Source: Chthoniobacter flavus (GTDB lineage Bacteria > Verrucomicrobiota > Verrucomicrobiia > Chthoniobacterales > Terrimicrobiaceae). Taken from it: a DNA stretch of 64,000 bases. The notes below the pieces were generated by a model that worked only from the letters and a program-made list of their open reading frames with translations, had not been told where the DNA came from and did no database searches. The DNA is taken from positions 44,700 to 108,699 of the forward strand of contig CAMASH010000001.1 of assembly GCA_945860745.1 (NCBI GenBank), written 5' to 3'. A program made the position numbers and the translations under genes. Shown here piece after piece: positions 33,308 through 43,201 of the stretch (position 1 is the first letter of the stretch; the number at the start of each line of letters is the position of its first letter).

Positions 33308-34708
33308 ATGACTCTCACCGAAATCCAGCGGGCTCTCACGACTTTGGACACCAAGCCGCGCCAGAGTCTCGGCCAGAATTTTTTGCACGATCAAAATCTT
33401 GCGCGTTGGATCGTGGCCCGCCTCGGTCTGCACGCGGGTGATCATGTGGTCGAAATCGGACCCGGACTTGGTGCTCTGACGGAACACCTTCTCTCCGAGG
33501 ACATCACGGTCACCCTCATCGAAAAAGATCGCAGCATGGTGGCGTGGTTGGCGGAACGATTCCGTGATTCGCGCGTGGAACTGTTCCACATGGACGCCTT
33601 GGATTTCGACCTGCGGAATCTTTACGGAAAAGGCCCGGTAAAAATCATCGGCAACCTGCCGTATTACGTCTCCACACCGCTCATCGCAAAATTCGCATCT
33701 GCCCTCTCACCCGCATCAATCCTTGTTCTCACGCTGCAGCACGAGGTGGCGGCACGTTTGCACGCGCAACCCGGCACGAAGGATTTCGGCGCGATGTCGG
33801 TCTGTTCCTCCCGCCGCTGGAATGTGCGCTACGTCAAGAAACTTCCGGCCTCGGTTTTCTTTCCGCAGCCGAAAGTTTCTTCCGCCGTGGTGGTGTTCGA
33901 ACGCAAGGCCGCGGAGACCATTCCGCCGTGCGACGAAATTGTTTTTGAATCGCTCGTGCGCCGGGGATTTTCCGAGCGCCGCAAGCAACTGCGCAACCTT
34001 CTTCCGGAGTTCAAGGAGCGCTGGTCCTCTCTTTGTGCGGATCTCGGGCTTTCCGAGACCGTTCGCGCCGAGGAACTCTCCCTTGCAACGTGGGAGAAGT
34101 TCACCCGGTCTGTGAATCCCGTGGAGGCGCAGCGCGCGGAGGAAATGTTTGACATCGTGGACGAAAACGACTCCGTCCTCGGCCTGCGTCCCAGGAAGGA
34201 GGTGCATGTGAATAACTTGCGCCACCGGGCGGTTCACATCCTCATTACCAACGAAAAAGGCGAACTCTTCCTGCAAAAGCGCTCGATCTGGAAGGACAGG
34301 AATCCCGCCTGTTGGGATTCCTCCGCCGCCGGCCACGTGGATACAGGGGAGACTTACGAGGAAGCGGCCCGCCGGGAGCTCGGGGAAGAAATCGGCATCG
34401 ACTGCCCGGTCACAAAAATCGGACGCCTGCCGTGTTCACCGGAGACCGGGTGCGAGTTTATCGAGGTCTTTCAGGGCCGGCACGAGGGACCTTTCCGCCT
34501 GGCGTCGCTGGAGGTTGAGACCGGTGCCTTTTTCCCCCGGGAGCAGGTCCTGGCGTGGTTGCAGCGGTCGCCCGCGGACTTCAGCCCGGTTTTTGCGCAG
34601 TGCCTGCCTTTTCTTGGTGGGGCGCGGGGCGATTCGTCCCGCCTGAGCGGGACTCAGATCTCCGCGTGCGCTCCGGTTCCCGTGTCCCAGGCGAAATCGG
34701 GGGCCTAA
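33308..34708 (+). CDS. rsmA: 16S rRNA (adenine1518/1519-N6)-dimethyltransferase RsmA/KsgA fused to a C-terminal Nudix hydrolase domain
   Basis: The KsgA part reads …PRQSLGQNFLHD…VVEIGPGLGALT…GNLPYYVSTP…. It runs on without a stop into …RHRAVHILITNEKGELFLQKRS…WDSSAAGHVDTGETYEEAARRELGEEIGI (Nudix box GX5EX7REUXEEXGU-like). Start at MTLTEIQ (33308). Confidence 0.8.
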   Translation: MTLTEIQRALTTLDTKPRQSLGQNFLHDQNLARWIVARLGLHAGDHVVEIGPGLGALTEHLLSEDITVTLIEKDRSMVAWLAERFRDSRVELFHMDALDFDLRNLYGKGPVKIIGNLPYYVSTPLIAKFASALSPASILVLTLQHEVAARLHAQPGTKDFGAMSVCSSRRWNVRYVKKLPASVFFPQPKVSSAVVVFERKAAETIPPCDEIVFESLVRRGFSERRKQLRNLLPEFKERWSSLCADLGLSETVRAEELSLATWEKFTRSVNPVEAQRAEEMFDIVDENDSVLGLRPRKEVHVNNLRHRAVHILITNEKGELFLQKRSIWKDRNPACWDSSAAGHVDTGETYEEAARRELGEEIGIDCPVTKIGRLPCSPETGCEFIEVFQGRHEGPFRLASLEVETGAFFPREQVLAWLQRSPADFSPVFAQCLPFLGGARGDSSRLSGTQISACAPVPVSQAKSGA

Positions 34709-35487
34709 ATCTCCTGCCAGGCCGGCTTGTGGTCGTAGATCCAGCGGTAGTATGCGCTTCGCCGCAGGTCTCCCGCCGCAGCCTCGTCGAGCAGGATGGT
34801 GGCCCGTTCATGAAGTTGCAGAATGGAAGCCGGAACGGACGCGGTAATGGGGCCTTCAACGGCGGCGGCGACGGCTTCGGCCTTGCCCTCCCCAAAGGCC
34901 AGCAGGACGATCTCCTGCGACTCCATGATCGTTCCCACGCCCATGGTGATGACATGCCGGGGAATCTCGTCTTCCGTGGAAAAGTAGCGGGCGTTGTCCT
35001 GCCGCGTGCGCGGGGTCAGGGATTTGATTCGGGTGCGGGAGACCAGCGACGAACCGGGCTCGTTGAAGCCGATGTGTCCGTCCCCCCCGATGCCCAGGAT
35101 TTGCAAATCAAGGCCTCCTGCCATCCGGATCGCCTCCTCGTAAGCCTGGCAAAACGCCGGAACATCCGTCGTGAGTCCGTCGGGAATGTGGGTGTTTTCC
35201 TCCGGGATGTTCAGGTGCCGGAAAAGATTCTCGCGCATGAAATGGTGATACGAAGCGGGATGGGCCGGCGGCAGTCCCAAGTATTCGTCCAGGTTGAATG
35301 AGGTGACGGCGCCAAAGTCCAGCTTCTCCTCGCGATGCAGCCGGATCAGGTCGCGATAGAGCGGCAGGGGCGTGCTGCCCGTGGCCAGTCCGAGCACGGC
35401 AGAGGGTTTCCGGCGAACAAGGCGCGCGACCAGCCGCGCCCCGAGGGCGCTGGCTTCCTGACTTGAACTTTGAATGATGACTTCCAT
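34705..35487 (-). CDS. nagB: Glucosamine-6-phosphate deaminase
   Basis: 260 aa with …LGLATGSTPL…FNLDEY…GIGGDGHIGFNEPGS…. Confidence 0.9.
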   Translation of the reverse strand: MEVIIQSSSQEASALGARLVARLVRRKPSAVLGLATGSTPLPLYRDLIRLHREEKLDFGAVTSFNLDEYLGLPPAHPASYHHFMRENLFRHLNIPEENTHIPDGLTTDVPAFCQAYEEAIRMAGGLDLQILGIGGDGHIGFNEPGSSLVSRTRIKSLTPRTRQDNARYFSTEDEIPRHVITMGVGTIMESQEIVLLAFGEGKAEAVAAAVEGPITASVPASILQLHERATILLDEAAAGDLRRSAYYRWIYDHKPAWQEI

Positions 35488-35636
35488 GTGGGCGGAGACT
35501 TTTCTTTCACAGGATGACGGAAAAATCGAGAGACTTCCTTTGGGATTCTCTGCGTTTGCCTTGCAGGGGAAAAACTCCGTATTCTTCCAAGCGATGAAGG
35601 AATTTGATAAACTATGATTTTTCCGGGCCGCCAGCC

Positions 35637-36599
35637 ATGAAGGTTCTTGTCACCGGCGGAGCCGGATTTATCGGCAGTCATGTGGTTGAGCAATTCCAGG
35701 GCCGGGCCCGGGTCTGCGTGCTGGACAATTTGCGCACCGGTGCCCGGAAAAATCTCGCCGGGCTCGACTGCGAGTTGATCGAGGGTTCGATCACGGACGA
35801 GGCCTCGGTGAAAAAAGCGGTCTCCGGGGCCGATTTTGTTTTTCATCTCGCCGCCATGGTTAGCGTGCCGGAATCCATGACGCAGCCGCGCGAATGCGTG
35901 GAGTGGAATGTCACCGGCCTGCTCAATGTCCTGCGCGCGTCGGCGGATGCCGGGGTCAGGAAACTCGTCCTGGCCAGTTCGGCCGCCGTTTATGGGGACA
36001 ATCCAACCGTTCCGAAACTCGAGACCATGATTCCCGAACCCCGCAGTCCCTACGCCATCACCAAACTCGATGGCGAATACTACGGCGCCCTCTTCGCCCG
36101 GGAAGGATGGCTCCCGACCGCCTGTCTGCGGTTTTTCAATGTCTTCGGTCCGCGGCAGAATCCCCGCAGCGCCTATGCGGCGGCCGTCCCGGTCTTTATG
36201 GAAAAAGCCCTGGCCGGCGAACCGCTCGACATTTTCGGCGATGGCGGACAGACCCGCGATTTCATTGCGGTGAAGGATGTCGTATCCGCCCTGGATTTCG
36301 TCGCGTCGAATGACGAAGCCTCCGGCGTGTTCAACTGCGGCTACGGCCGCGCCACGACCATTCTGGCTCTGGCGGAGGAGATCATCCGGCTGGCGGGTTC
36401 CTCCTCAACCATCGTCCATCATCCGCCGCGCCCGGGCGATGTGCGGCATTCCCTCGCCTCGGTGGCCCGGCTCACCGCCCTCGGATGGAAACCGGCGGGC
36501 AACCTCGCGGAGGGTCTCACGGAGACTCTGGCGGCTGTCCGGAATCCTGACCCATGGAGGGCGGCGGGTCTTCGCATTCCGAGCGACTCACAGCCATGA
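35637..36599 (+). CDS. NAD-dependent epimerase/dehydratase (UDP-sugar 4-epimerase-like)
   Basis: MKVLVTGGAGFIGSHVV…, …SPYAITKLDGE… (YxxxK). Start at 35637 within the longer ORF. Confidence 0.85.
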   Translation: MKVLVTGGAGFIGSHVVEQFQGRARVCVLDNLRTGARKNLAGLDCELIEGSITDEASVKKAVSGADFVFHLAAMVSVPESMTQPRECVEWNVTGLLNVLRASADAGVRKLVLASSAAVYGDNPTVPKLETMIPEPRSPYAITKLDGEYYGALFAREGWLPTACLRFFNVFGPRQNPRSAYAAAVPVFMEKALAGEPLDIFGDGGQTRDFIAVKDVVSALDFVASNDEASGVFNCGYGRATTILALAEEIIRLAGSSSTIVHHPPRPGDVRHSLASVARLTALGWKPAGNLAEGLTETLAAVRNPDPWRAAGLRIPSDSQP

Positions 36600-37435
36600 A
36601 TCTTTCCGCCGGCGACCCTCACATTTTTATCCCCGACGGCCGACCGCTTGAAGAGGCCCTGGCCGGCATCACGCATCTCGGCATCGGCGCGCATCAGGAC
36701 GATTTGGAGTTTCACGCCCTGCATGGAATTTTGGAATGCTATGAGCAGGAGGGACGCTCCTTTGGCGGCATCACCTGCACGGATGGGGGAGGCAGTTCGC
36801 GCACCGGTCCCTATGCGGGCTTTTCCGATGCGCAGATGCGCGCTGTCCGCATTGCGGAGCAGGACCGCGCCGCAGTCATCGGCCACTATGGCGTGATGGT
36901 GCAACTCGGCTGCCCCAGCGCCAAAGCCCGGGACCGCAAGAATCCGGCCTTGAAAAATGATCTGCAAACCCTGCTCGGGGCCATGCAGCCCGCAGTGGTT
37001 TACACTCACAACCTCGCCGACAAACACGAGACCCACCTCGCCGTTGCGCTCCATGTGATCGCCGCCCTGCGCGCCCTTCCGCCCGCACGGCGCCCGTTGC
37101 GCCTGCTGGGCTTCGAAGGCTGGCGGGCTCTGGATTGGATGCGCGATTCCGAAAAAGTCCGGCTCGACGTTTCCGGTCGTCCCGAACTCGCGGCGGCCCT
37201 CGCCGGCGTGTTCGACTCGCAGATCGCCGGAGGCAAACGCTACGACCTCGCCATGGACGGTCGCCGCACGGCCAACGCCACCCTCGACGATCCTTACGGC
37301 CCTGATTCCCTGCGCGGTGTGACCTTTGCCATGGACATGACTCCGCTCCTGCGCGATGACGACCTCGATCCGGTCGAATTTACTCTCGGGTTCGTCCGTC
37401 GACTGGAAGAAGACATCCGGAAAAAAATCCTGTAG
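36596..37435 (+). CDS. PIG-L/LmbE-family N-acetylglucosaminyl deacetylase
   Basis: …HLGIGAHQDDLEF… (AHPDDE-like Zn motif). The start ATG overlaps the epimerase stop (ATGA). Confidence 0.75.
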   Translation: MNLSAGDPHIFIPDGRPLEEALAGITHLGIGAHQDDLEFHALHGILECYEQEGRSFGGITCTDGGGSSRTGPYAGFSDAQMRAVRIAEQDRAAVIGHYGVMVQLGCPSAKARDRKNPALKNDLQTLLGAMQPAVVYTHNLADKHETHLAVALHVIAALRALPPARRPLRLLGFEGWRALDWMRDSEKVRLDVSGRPELAAALAGVFDSQIAGGKRYDLAMDGRRTANATLDDPYGPDSLRGVTFAMDMTPLLRDDDLDPVEFTLGFVRRLEEDIRKKIL

Positions 37436-38054
37436 CCCCCGCGATCACCTGCCGCATTTTTCAGAGGGAGACAGTCCGCGGGCGGCCGGAGGGCGATCTC
37501 AGTCGGGAGCCGGAAAATGGCGATCCGTTTGCGGTGGGCTTATGCGAAATAAGCCTTTCTCCCCGCCTGACGAAAACGATGTCACCCACATGATTCTGGA
37601 CGCGATAGAAAACACGAACGGGTGGGATGACAGGGTGGCTCGCTCGTTCCGCTCAAATCGTGCGGAGAGAGAAATTCCCGATCGGCAAGCCGGACCACGA
37701 GGACGCCCAGGACGGGCCGGCTCCAGCGGCAGGACTTTCTTCCTTGAAGCAAAAAACCAGGATTTGGCCCCACGCCGGCAACGGAGGCGAAGCCACGGCC
37801 AGGCTTGCAACGGACGGATGAGAAGGTTCCCGAGAAATCTCGGGCGCCAAGACCCGCGCCCTACGCAAGGCCGGTGGGGATGGGGCGGGCCAATTGACGT
37901 GGTCTTGCTCTTTGAGGTAAGACTTTTCCATGAAAGTCACCAGCAAGGGCCCCGTCACCATCTTTTTTTGCGGCCTTTGCGCTCCTTTGCGGCCAATGCG
38001 CAGGCAGCCAAAAATGCCGCTTGAATCTCCGATCAAGAAACCTGTGGCGAAATT

Positions 38055-39188
38055 GTGAGCCCAAACCCTTTCACCCTTCTCGCCACCGATCCGGCTTCCA
38101 AAGCCAGGGCGGGTCTGTTGCAAACCCGCCGCGGGGTGGTGGAGACGCCGCTCTTTATGCCGGTGGGCACGCAAGGCACGGTGAAAGCGGTCTCGCCGCT
38201 TGAACTGCACGAACTCGGCGCGCAGATCATCCTCGGTAACACCTATCATTTGCATGTGCGGCCGGGAGAAAAACTCATTGCCCGGCAGGGCGGGCTGCAC
38301 AAGTTTTCCGGCTGGGACCGGCCCATTCTAACCGACAGCGGAGGCTTTCAGGTTTTCTCCCTGGCCAAATTGCGCCGCATTACCGAGGAAGGCGTGCATT
38401 TTCAAAATCACCTCGACGGAACGCCGACCATGATCGGTCCGGAGCGCTCGATGGAGATTCAACGCGACCTGGGCTCGGACATCGTCATGGCCTTCGACGA
38501 ATGTCCGCCGCATCCGTGTTCGCATGAGGACGCCTCGCGCAGCCTCGATCTCACGCTGCGCTGGGCCGCGCGCTGCCAGGCCTGGTGGGAGATGCAGCCG
38601 ACGCATAACCGTCCGCTGGTCTTTGGCATCGTGCAGGGATCATCCCATGCCGATCTGCGCGAGCGCAGCGCCCGCGCCTTGGGGGAGATCGGCTTCGACG
38701 GATACGCCGTGGGTGGAGTCAGTGTGGGAGAACCCGAACCGGAAATGATGGCCGCGATCGAAAACGCGGAACCGTTTCTGCCCGCCGACCGCTCGCGCTA
38801 CGCCATGGGTCTGGGCACCCCGCCGCAAATGATCGAGATGATCGCGCGCGGCATCGATATGTTCGATTGTGTGTTGCCCACCCGGCTGGCGCGCAACGGG
38901 ACGGCATTTACCCCGACGGGCACGATGGCGCTGAAAAATGCCGGCTTCGCGGAAGATTCCGGCCCGATTGAGGAAGGATGCGCCTGCTATGCCTGCCGCG
39001 GTTTTTCCCGCGCCTATCTGCGGCATCTGATCAAAGCCGAGGAGATTCTCGGTCTCCGCCTCGTTTCGCTGCATAACCTGCATTTCTACATCAACCTGGT
39101 CCGCACCGCGCGGCGGGCAATTCTGGATGGGAACTTTTCCGATTTCCGCCGGGATTTTGTCGGCCGCTATGTGGTCCGGACACCGTGA
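38055..39188 (+). CDS. tgt: tRNA-guanine(34) transglycosylase
   Basis: …TPLFMPVGTQGTVK…ILGNTYHL…TDSGGFQVFSL…FDCVLPTR…CxCxxC… Zn site (CACYAC). Confidence 0.93.
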   Translation: MSPNPFTLLATDPASKARAGLLQTRRGVVETPLFMPVGTQGTVKAVSPLELHELGAQIILGNTYHLHVRPGEKLIARQGGLHKFSGWDRPILTDSGGFQVFSLAKLRRITEEGVHFQNHLDGTPTMIGPERSMEIQRDLGSDIVMAFDECPPHPCSHEDASRSLDLTLRWAARCQAWWEMQPTHNRPLVFGIVQGSSHADLRERSARALGEIGFDGYAVGGVSVGEPEPEMMAAIENAEPFLPADRSRYAMGLGTPPQMIEMIARGIDMFDCVLPTRLARNGTAFTPTGTMALKNAGFAEDSGPIEEGCACYACRGFSRAYLRHLIKAEEILGLRLVSLHNLHFYINLVRTARRAILDGNFSDFRRDFVGRYVVRTP

Positions 39189-39374
39189 TTTCGCAGGAGG
39201 GCAAACGCATCGCAAAGGATCACTCGCCCTCCACCTGCACAGGAACTTGCTCCTCCACTCTAAAGCGCAGGGAGTTTAAGTTCAGGTTCAAGTGGAGGTG
39301 GAAGAGCCCAAGCGCATCCGGTCTCCCCACATTTCACAGTTGCACCGGACTGCGAACCAGCCCATTCTTGAACT

Positions 39375-39977
39375 ATGGGAACTGCATTGATTGTCCTCCT
39401 CGTTTTGGTTGGTGCCGTGGTGCTGCTGGCTTTGTTTGCCATCGGCGAATACAATGGCCTCGTCACTCTGCGCAACCGCTACAAAAACGCCTACGCCCAG
39501 ATCGATGTGCAGTTGAAGCGCCGCTACGACCTCATCCCGAATCTGGTCGAAACCGCCAAGGGCTACATCAAACACGAGCGCGAAACGCTGGAAGCTGTCA
39601 TCGCGGCGCGCAATTCCGCCTACTCCGCCGGCAATCAGGCCGCCGCCAATCCGGGGGATCCCCAGGCCATGAAAAACCTGGCCGGGGCCGAGAGCGGGCT
39701 CTCCGGCGCGCTGGGCCGGCTCTTTGCCGTGGCCGAGGCCTATCCGGACCTCAAGGCCAATCAAAACATGATGCAGCTTTCCGAGGAACTGACCTCGACG
39801 GAAAACAAAATTTCCTTCGCGCGGCAGGCCTACAACGATTCTGTGATGGCCTACAACACCAAGCGCGAAGTGTTCCCCACCAGTATCATCGCGGGCATGT
39901 TTAACTTTGCGGCGGCGGAACTCTTCCAGGTCGAAAATCCCGGAGAGAAGGAAGCGCCCAAGGTTTCCTTCACATGA
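39375..39977 (+). CDS. lemA: LemA family protein
   Basis: N-terminal TM helix, then …YNGLVTLRNRYKNAYAQIDVQLKRRYDLIPNLVETAKGY…NKISFARQAYNDSVMAYNT… typical of LemA. Confidence 0.85.
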   Translation: MGTALIVLLVLVGAVVLLALFAIGEYNGLVTLRNRYKNAYAQIDVQLKRRYDLIPNLVETAKGYIKHERETLEAVIAARNSAYSAGNQAAANPGDPQAMKNLAGAESGLSGALGRLFAVAEAYPDLKANQNMMQLSEELTSTENKISFARQAYNDSVMAYNTKREVFPTSIIAGMFNFAAAELFQVENPGEKEAPKVSFT

Positions 39978-41458
39978 TCCCGCTGAGTCCGTCGCGCTCC
40001 GTTTTCGCGGAGCAGGCGGCCACGGCGAACGTTGTTCCCGTCTGGACGGAAATCGTGGCCGATGGCGACACGCCGGTTTCCGCGTTTGCCAAAATCGGCG
40101 GGGACGCGCCGTCCTTCCTGCTCGAATCGGCCGAACAAAGCGATCAGGTTGGCCGCTACTCGTTTCTTGGCACTGGCGCGCGTCTGACCATTTCCGCCCG
40201 CGACAAAACCGTGACGGTTACGGAAAACGGTCAGTCCCGCACCTTTCGGGCAGAGCGTGATCCGCTGGACGAACTGGAAAAGATCATGGCCCGTTACCGC
40301 ACCGTGCCGGAGACCGGGCTGCCGGGTTTTCATGGCGGCGTGGTGGGATACCTTTCCTATGACTGTGTGCGCTGGTTCGAGCCCACCATTCCGCCGCCGC
40401 CCAAGGATGAACTGGGTGTCCCCGACATGTTCTTCGTTCTGGCGGGAACAGTGATCATCTTCGACCACCGCCGCCGCCGTTTGAAAATCGTGGCCAACGC
40501 CTTCATCGAGGACGCGGGCGTGGAAGCCGCTTACGATGCGGCGGCTCGCGAGATCGAGTTCCTGCTCGAACGGCTGCGTCAGCCGGCAGCCTTCGAGCCG
40601 ATTTTCACGGGGTCCGAACCGCCGCGCGGTGAGGCAACCAGCAACACCACGCGTGAGGAATATCATGCCATGGTGGACCGGGCAGAGGAATACATCCGCG
40701 CGGGGGATATTTTCCAGATGGTGCCGGCCCAGCGTTTCGAAACCGATTTTTCCGGCGATGCTCTCGAACTCTATCGCGCCCTGCGCTTCGTCAATCCGTC
40801 GCCCTACATGTTTTGTCTGCGCTTCCCCGAAGGCTACGCGCTGGTGGGCAGTTCGCCGGAAGTTCACGTGCGTCTGACGGACGACCTGGTCGAGATCCGC
40901 CCCATTGCCGGAACCCGCAAACGCGGGGAGACGGAGGAGCAGGATGCCGCCAACGCGGACGACCTGTTGGCTGATCCCAAGGAGCGGGCCGAACATCTCA
41001 TGCTGGTGGACCTGGCCCGCAATGATGTCGGACGCATTGCGGAATTCGGCAGCGTGGAGGTGAGCGACTTCATGACGGTGGAGCGTTACAGCCACGTCAT
41101 GCATATCGTTTCCCATGTCTCGGGCAAACTGGCGGGGGGACGCACCGCCTATGATGTGATGCGGGCGACGTTTCCGGCCGGAACGGTTTCCGGTTCGCCC
41201 AAGGTGAGGGCCATGCAGATCATCAACGAATTGGAAAAGAGCAAACGCTGCACCTACGCGGGTGCGGTCGGCTATTTCGGATTCGATGGCAACCTCGACT
41301 CCTGTATTGCCCTGCGCACGGTGTTGCTCAAGGACGGCAAGGCCTACGTGCAGGCTGGCGGCGGCGTGGTGGCTGATTCGACCCCCGAGGGCGAATATCA
41401 GGAAAGCGTCAACAAGGCCATGGCGGCCATGCGCGCGATTGACCGGGCGAGAGGGTAG
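39974..41458 (+). CDS. trpE: Anthranilate synthase component I
   Basis: 494 aa with …FLLESAE…, …SPYMFCLRF…GSSPE…, …GTRKRG…, …GAVGYFGFDGNLDSCIALRT…. The start overlaps the lemA stop (ATGA). Confidence 0.93.
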   Translation: MIPLSPSRSVFAEQAATANVVPVWTEIVADGDTPVSAFAKIGGDAPSFLLESAEQSDQVGRYSFLGTGARLTISARDKTVTVTENGQSRTFRAERDPLDELEKIMARYRTVPETGLPGFHGGVVGYLSYDCVRWFEPTIPPPPKDELGVPDMFFVLAGTVIIFDHRRRRLKIVANAFIEDAGVEAAYDAAAREIEFLLERLRQPAAFEPIFTGSEPPRGEATSNTTREEYHAMVDRAEEYIRAGDIFQMVPAQRFETDFSGDALELYRALRFVNPSPYMFCLRFPEGYALVGSSPEVHVRLTDDLVEIRPIAGTRKRGETEEQDAANADDLLADPKERAEHLMLVDLARNDVGRIAEFGSVEVSDFMTVERYSHVMHIVSHVSGKLAGGRTAYDVMRATFPAGTVSGSPKVRAMQIINELEKSKRCTYAGAVGYFGFDGNLDSCIALRTVLLKDGKAYVQAGGGVVADSTPEGEYQESVNKAMAAMRAIDRARG

Positions 41459-41568
41459 GGAGGGTTGAAAGCCTGGCCTCGACCGCTTCGCGGCCTGCGT
41501 TGCAGGTCCCCAACCATCCGCCGATGGCGAGGATGGGGAGAGGGGGACCCCATCAAGGACCCTCCGCC

Positions 41569-42024
41569 CTACCGGCCAAACATTTCCGAAATCACCTTCT
41601 GGCGATAAGCGAAGATCCCCTTGATCTGCGCCCGCACCCAAGGCAGCGCAATTTGACCGAAGGGCGGCAAAGGCAGGGCGTAACGCACGTGATCCCGCAG
41701 GATCGTCTGTCCATCGGGCGTCTCCGTGAAGGTGTGGCGATGCACCCAGGTGCGATAGGGCCCCTTGAGTTGCTCATCGACGAATTCATGAGGCGGATTC
41801 CAGCGCGCGATGCGGGTGCGCCAGCGCATCGGGATGCCATGCAGCCGGATGGTGTAGTCGATCAAGGCACCCTCCCGCATCACAATCGGCGGCGGGGTGA
41901 GGATGTGAAAGCCCATCGAGGGCGGGGTGATGCGCCCGAGATTTGCGGCGTCGGCGAAAAACGCAAAGACGTCATCGCGGGGCGCGGGAACGGTCGTTTC
42001 CGCTTCAAAAATATGCTCAAACAT
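41569..42024 (-). CDS. SRPBCC-superfamily (cyclase/dehydrase-like) protein
   Basis: ~151 aa: …VPAPRDDVFAFFADAANLGRITPP…WRTRIARWNPPHEFVDEQLKGPYRTWVHRHTF… resembles the polyketide-cyclase/START-like fold family. Start at MFEHIF. Confidence 0.65.
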   Translation of the reverse strand: MFEHIFEAETTVPAPRDDVFAFFADAANLGRITPPSMGFHILTPPPIVMREGALIDYTIRLHGIPMRWRTRIARWNPPHEFVDEQLKGPYRTWVHRHTFTETPDGQTILRDHVRYALPLPPFGQIALPWVRAQIKGIFAYRQKVISEMFGR

Positions 42025-42164
42025 GAATGGGGTTTTTCGTGGGTAGAGTCGTTGGCAGGATCCCACCAGCTTTTACGCCCTCCGATCAACCGCTGGATGC
42101 GTATTCCTGGAGCGTGCCTGGCGTGGGGGAGTCGGGCGGAGGCCGCCAACGGCGGCTTCGACAC

Positions 42165-42226
42165 AAGGAGCACAGGCATCCTGCCAGTGTTGGTTGTCGG
42201 TCACGGGCAGACTGCCTGTGCTCCTT
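42165..42226. repeat. Perfect 14-bp inverted repeat (long hairpin) in the SRPBCC/trpG divergent spacer
   Basis: AAGGAGCACAGGCA (42165-42178) and TGCCTGTGCTCCTT (42213-42226) are exact reverse complements. The 34-nt loop contains the CTGCC…GGCAG sub-palindrome. Confidence 0.8.
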
Positions 42227-42289
42227 TTCGGATAGACCGGAGAAATTGTTTCTTTGCCTCTTCGCCCCTTTGCGTGAGAATTTGCGGTC

Positions 42290-42853
42290 ATGCTGCTGGT
42301 CATCGATAACTACGATTCCTTCACTTACAATCTCGTCCAGTATTTCGGGGAGTTGGGAGCGGAAATTGTTGTGCATCGCAACGACGGGATCACGCTGGAA
42401 GAGATCGAAAAACTCAACCCCGAGCGCATCGTGGTGTCCCCCGGTCCCTGCACTCCGAGCGAGGCGGGAATAAGTTGTGCGGTCATCGAGCATTTCGGCC
42501 CGCGCAAACCGGTTCTCGGGGTTTGTCTGGGTCATCAAAGCATCGGTCAGGTCTATGGCGGCGATGTGGTCCGGGCCGATCGGCTCATGCATGGCAAAAC
42601 CTCGCCCATCCTTCACCAGGGCGAGAACGTCTTCGCCGGACTGCCCAGTCCGTTTGAGGCCACGCGGTATCATTCGCTGATCGTCAAACGCGACACGCTG
42701 CCGGACTGCCTGAAGATCACAGCCGAAACCGCCGAGGGCGAAATCATGGGCCTGGCCCACAAGGAACTGCCGGTCTTTGGCGTGCAGTTCCACCCCGAGT
42801 CGATCCTCACGTCCGAGGGCAAGAATCTGCTGAAAAACTTTTTGCAGCTTTAA
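42290..42853 (+). CDS. trpG: Anthranilate synthase component II (glutamine amidotransferase)
   Basis: [19 protein letters not shown]…PGPC…GVCLGHQ…VQFHPES… is the class-I GATase triad pattern. Confidence 0.93.
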   Translation: MLLVIDNYDSFTYNLVQYFGELGAEIVVHRNDGITLEEIEKLNPERIVVSPGPCTPSEAGISCAVIEHFGPRKPVLGVCLGHQSIGQVYGGDVVRADRLMHGKTSPILHQGENVFAGLPSPFEATRYHSLIVKRDTLPDCLKITAETAEGEIMGLAHKELPVFGVQFHPESILTSEGKNLLKNFLQL

Positions 42854-43201
42854 TCGTGAAAAGACGGGCGGGCGGCTTCTCCTGCTCTCCGTCGCATCCC
42901 TCCGCTCGTTCTTGTGCCGGAAGAAGGCTGGCTGATTGTGCCCAGACTACCGCTGGCCGGTTCCGTGGACAAACCCGTTCCCCGCGCCACCCAGGGGTTT
43001 GATCCTGAACTTTCTTCGAGGGGCGCCCTCTTGATTGCCGCAGGACCGGCGTTTCGCAGCGGGTCAAACTTCCGCCGTTTGAAAGTATCCATGTTGACAA
43101 TCTCGTGTGCGCTGTGCGGGGTCTCAAACCGGCAGTCAATGACGGCGGACAACGCTTGATCGATCAGGTCCTGCGAGAAAACGAGAGCGGTTGTTTTACG
43201 T

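Noticed and set aside
37356-38024. 222-aa plus-strand ORF in the LmbE-tgt gap
   Set aside because: The sequence is Arg/Gly/Pro/Ser-rich with runs like RPGRAGSSGR and RRQRRRSHGQ. It begins inside the upstream gene in another frame and has no recognisable domain.
39185-39904. 239-aa plus-strand ORF overlapping lemA
   Set aside because: It lies in an alternative frame of the well-supported lemA gene, and its composition is Arg/Gly/Ser/Cys-rich with no motifs.
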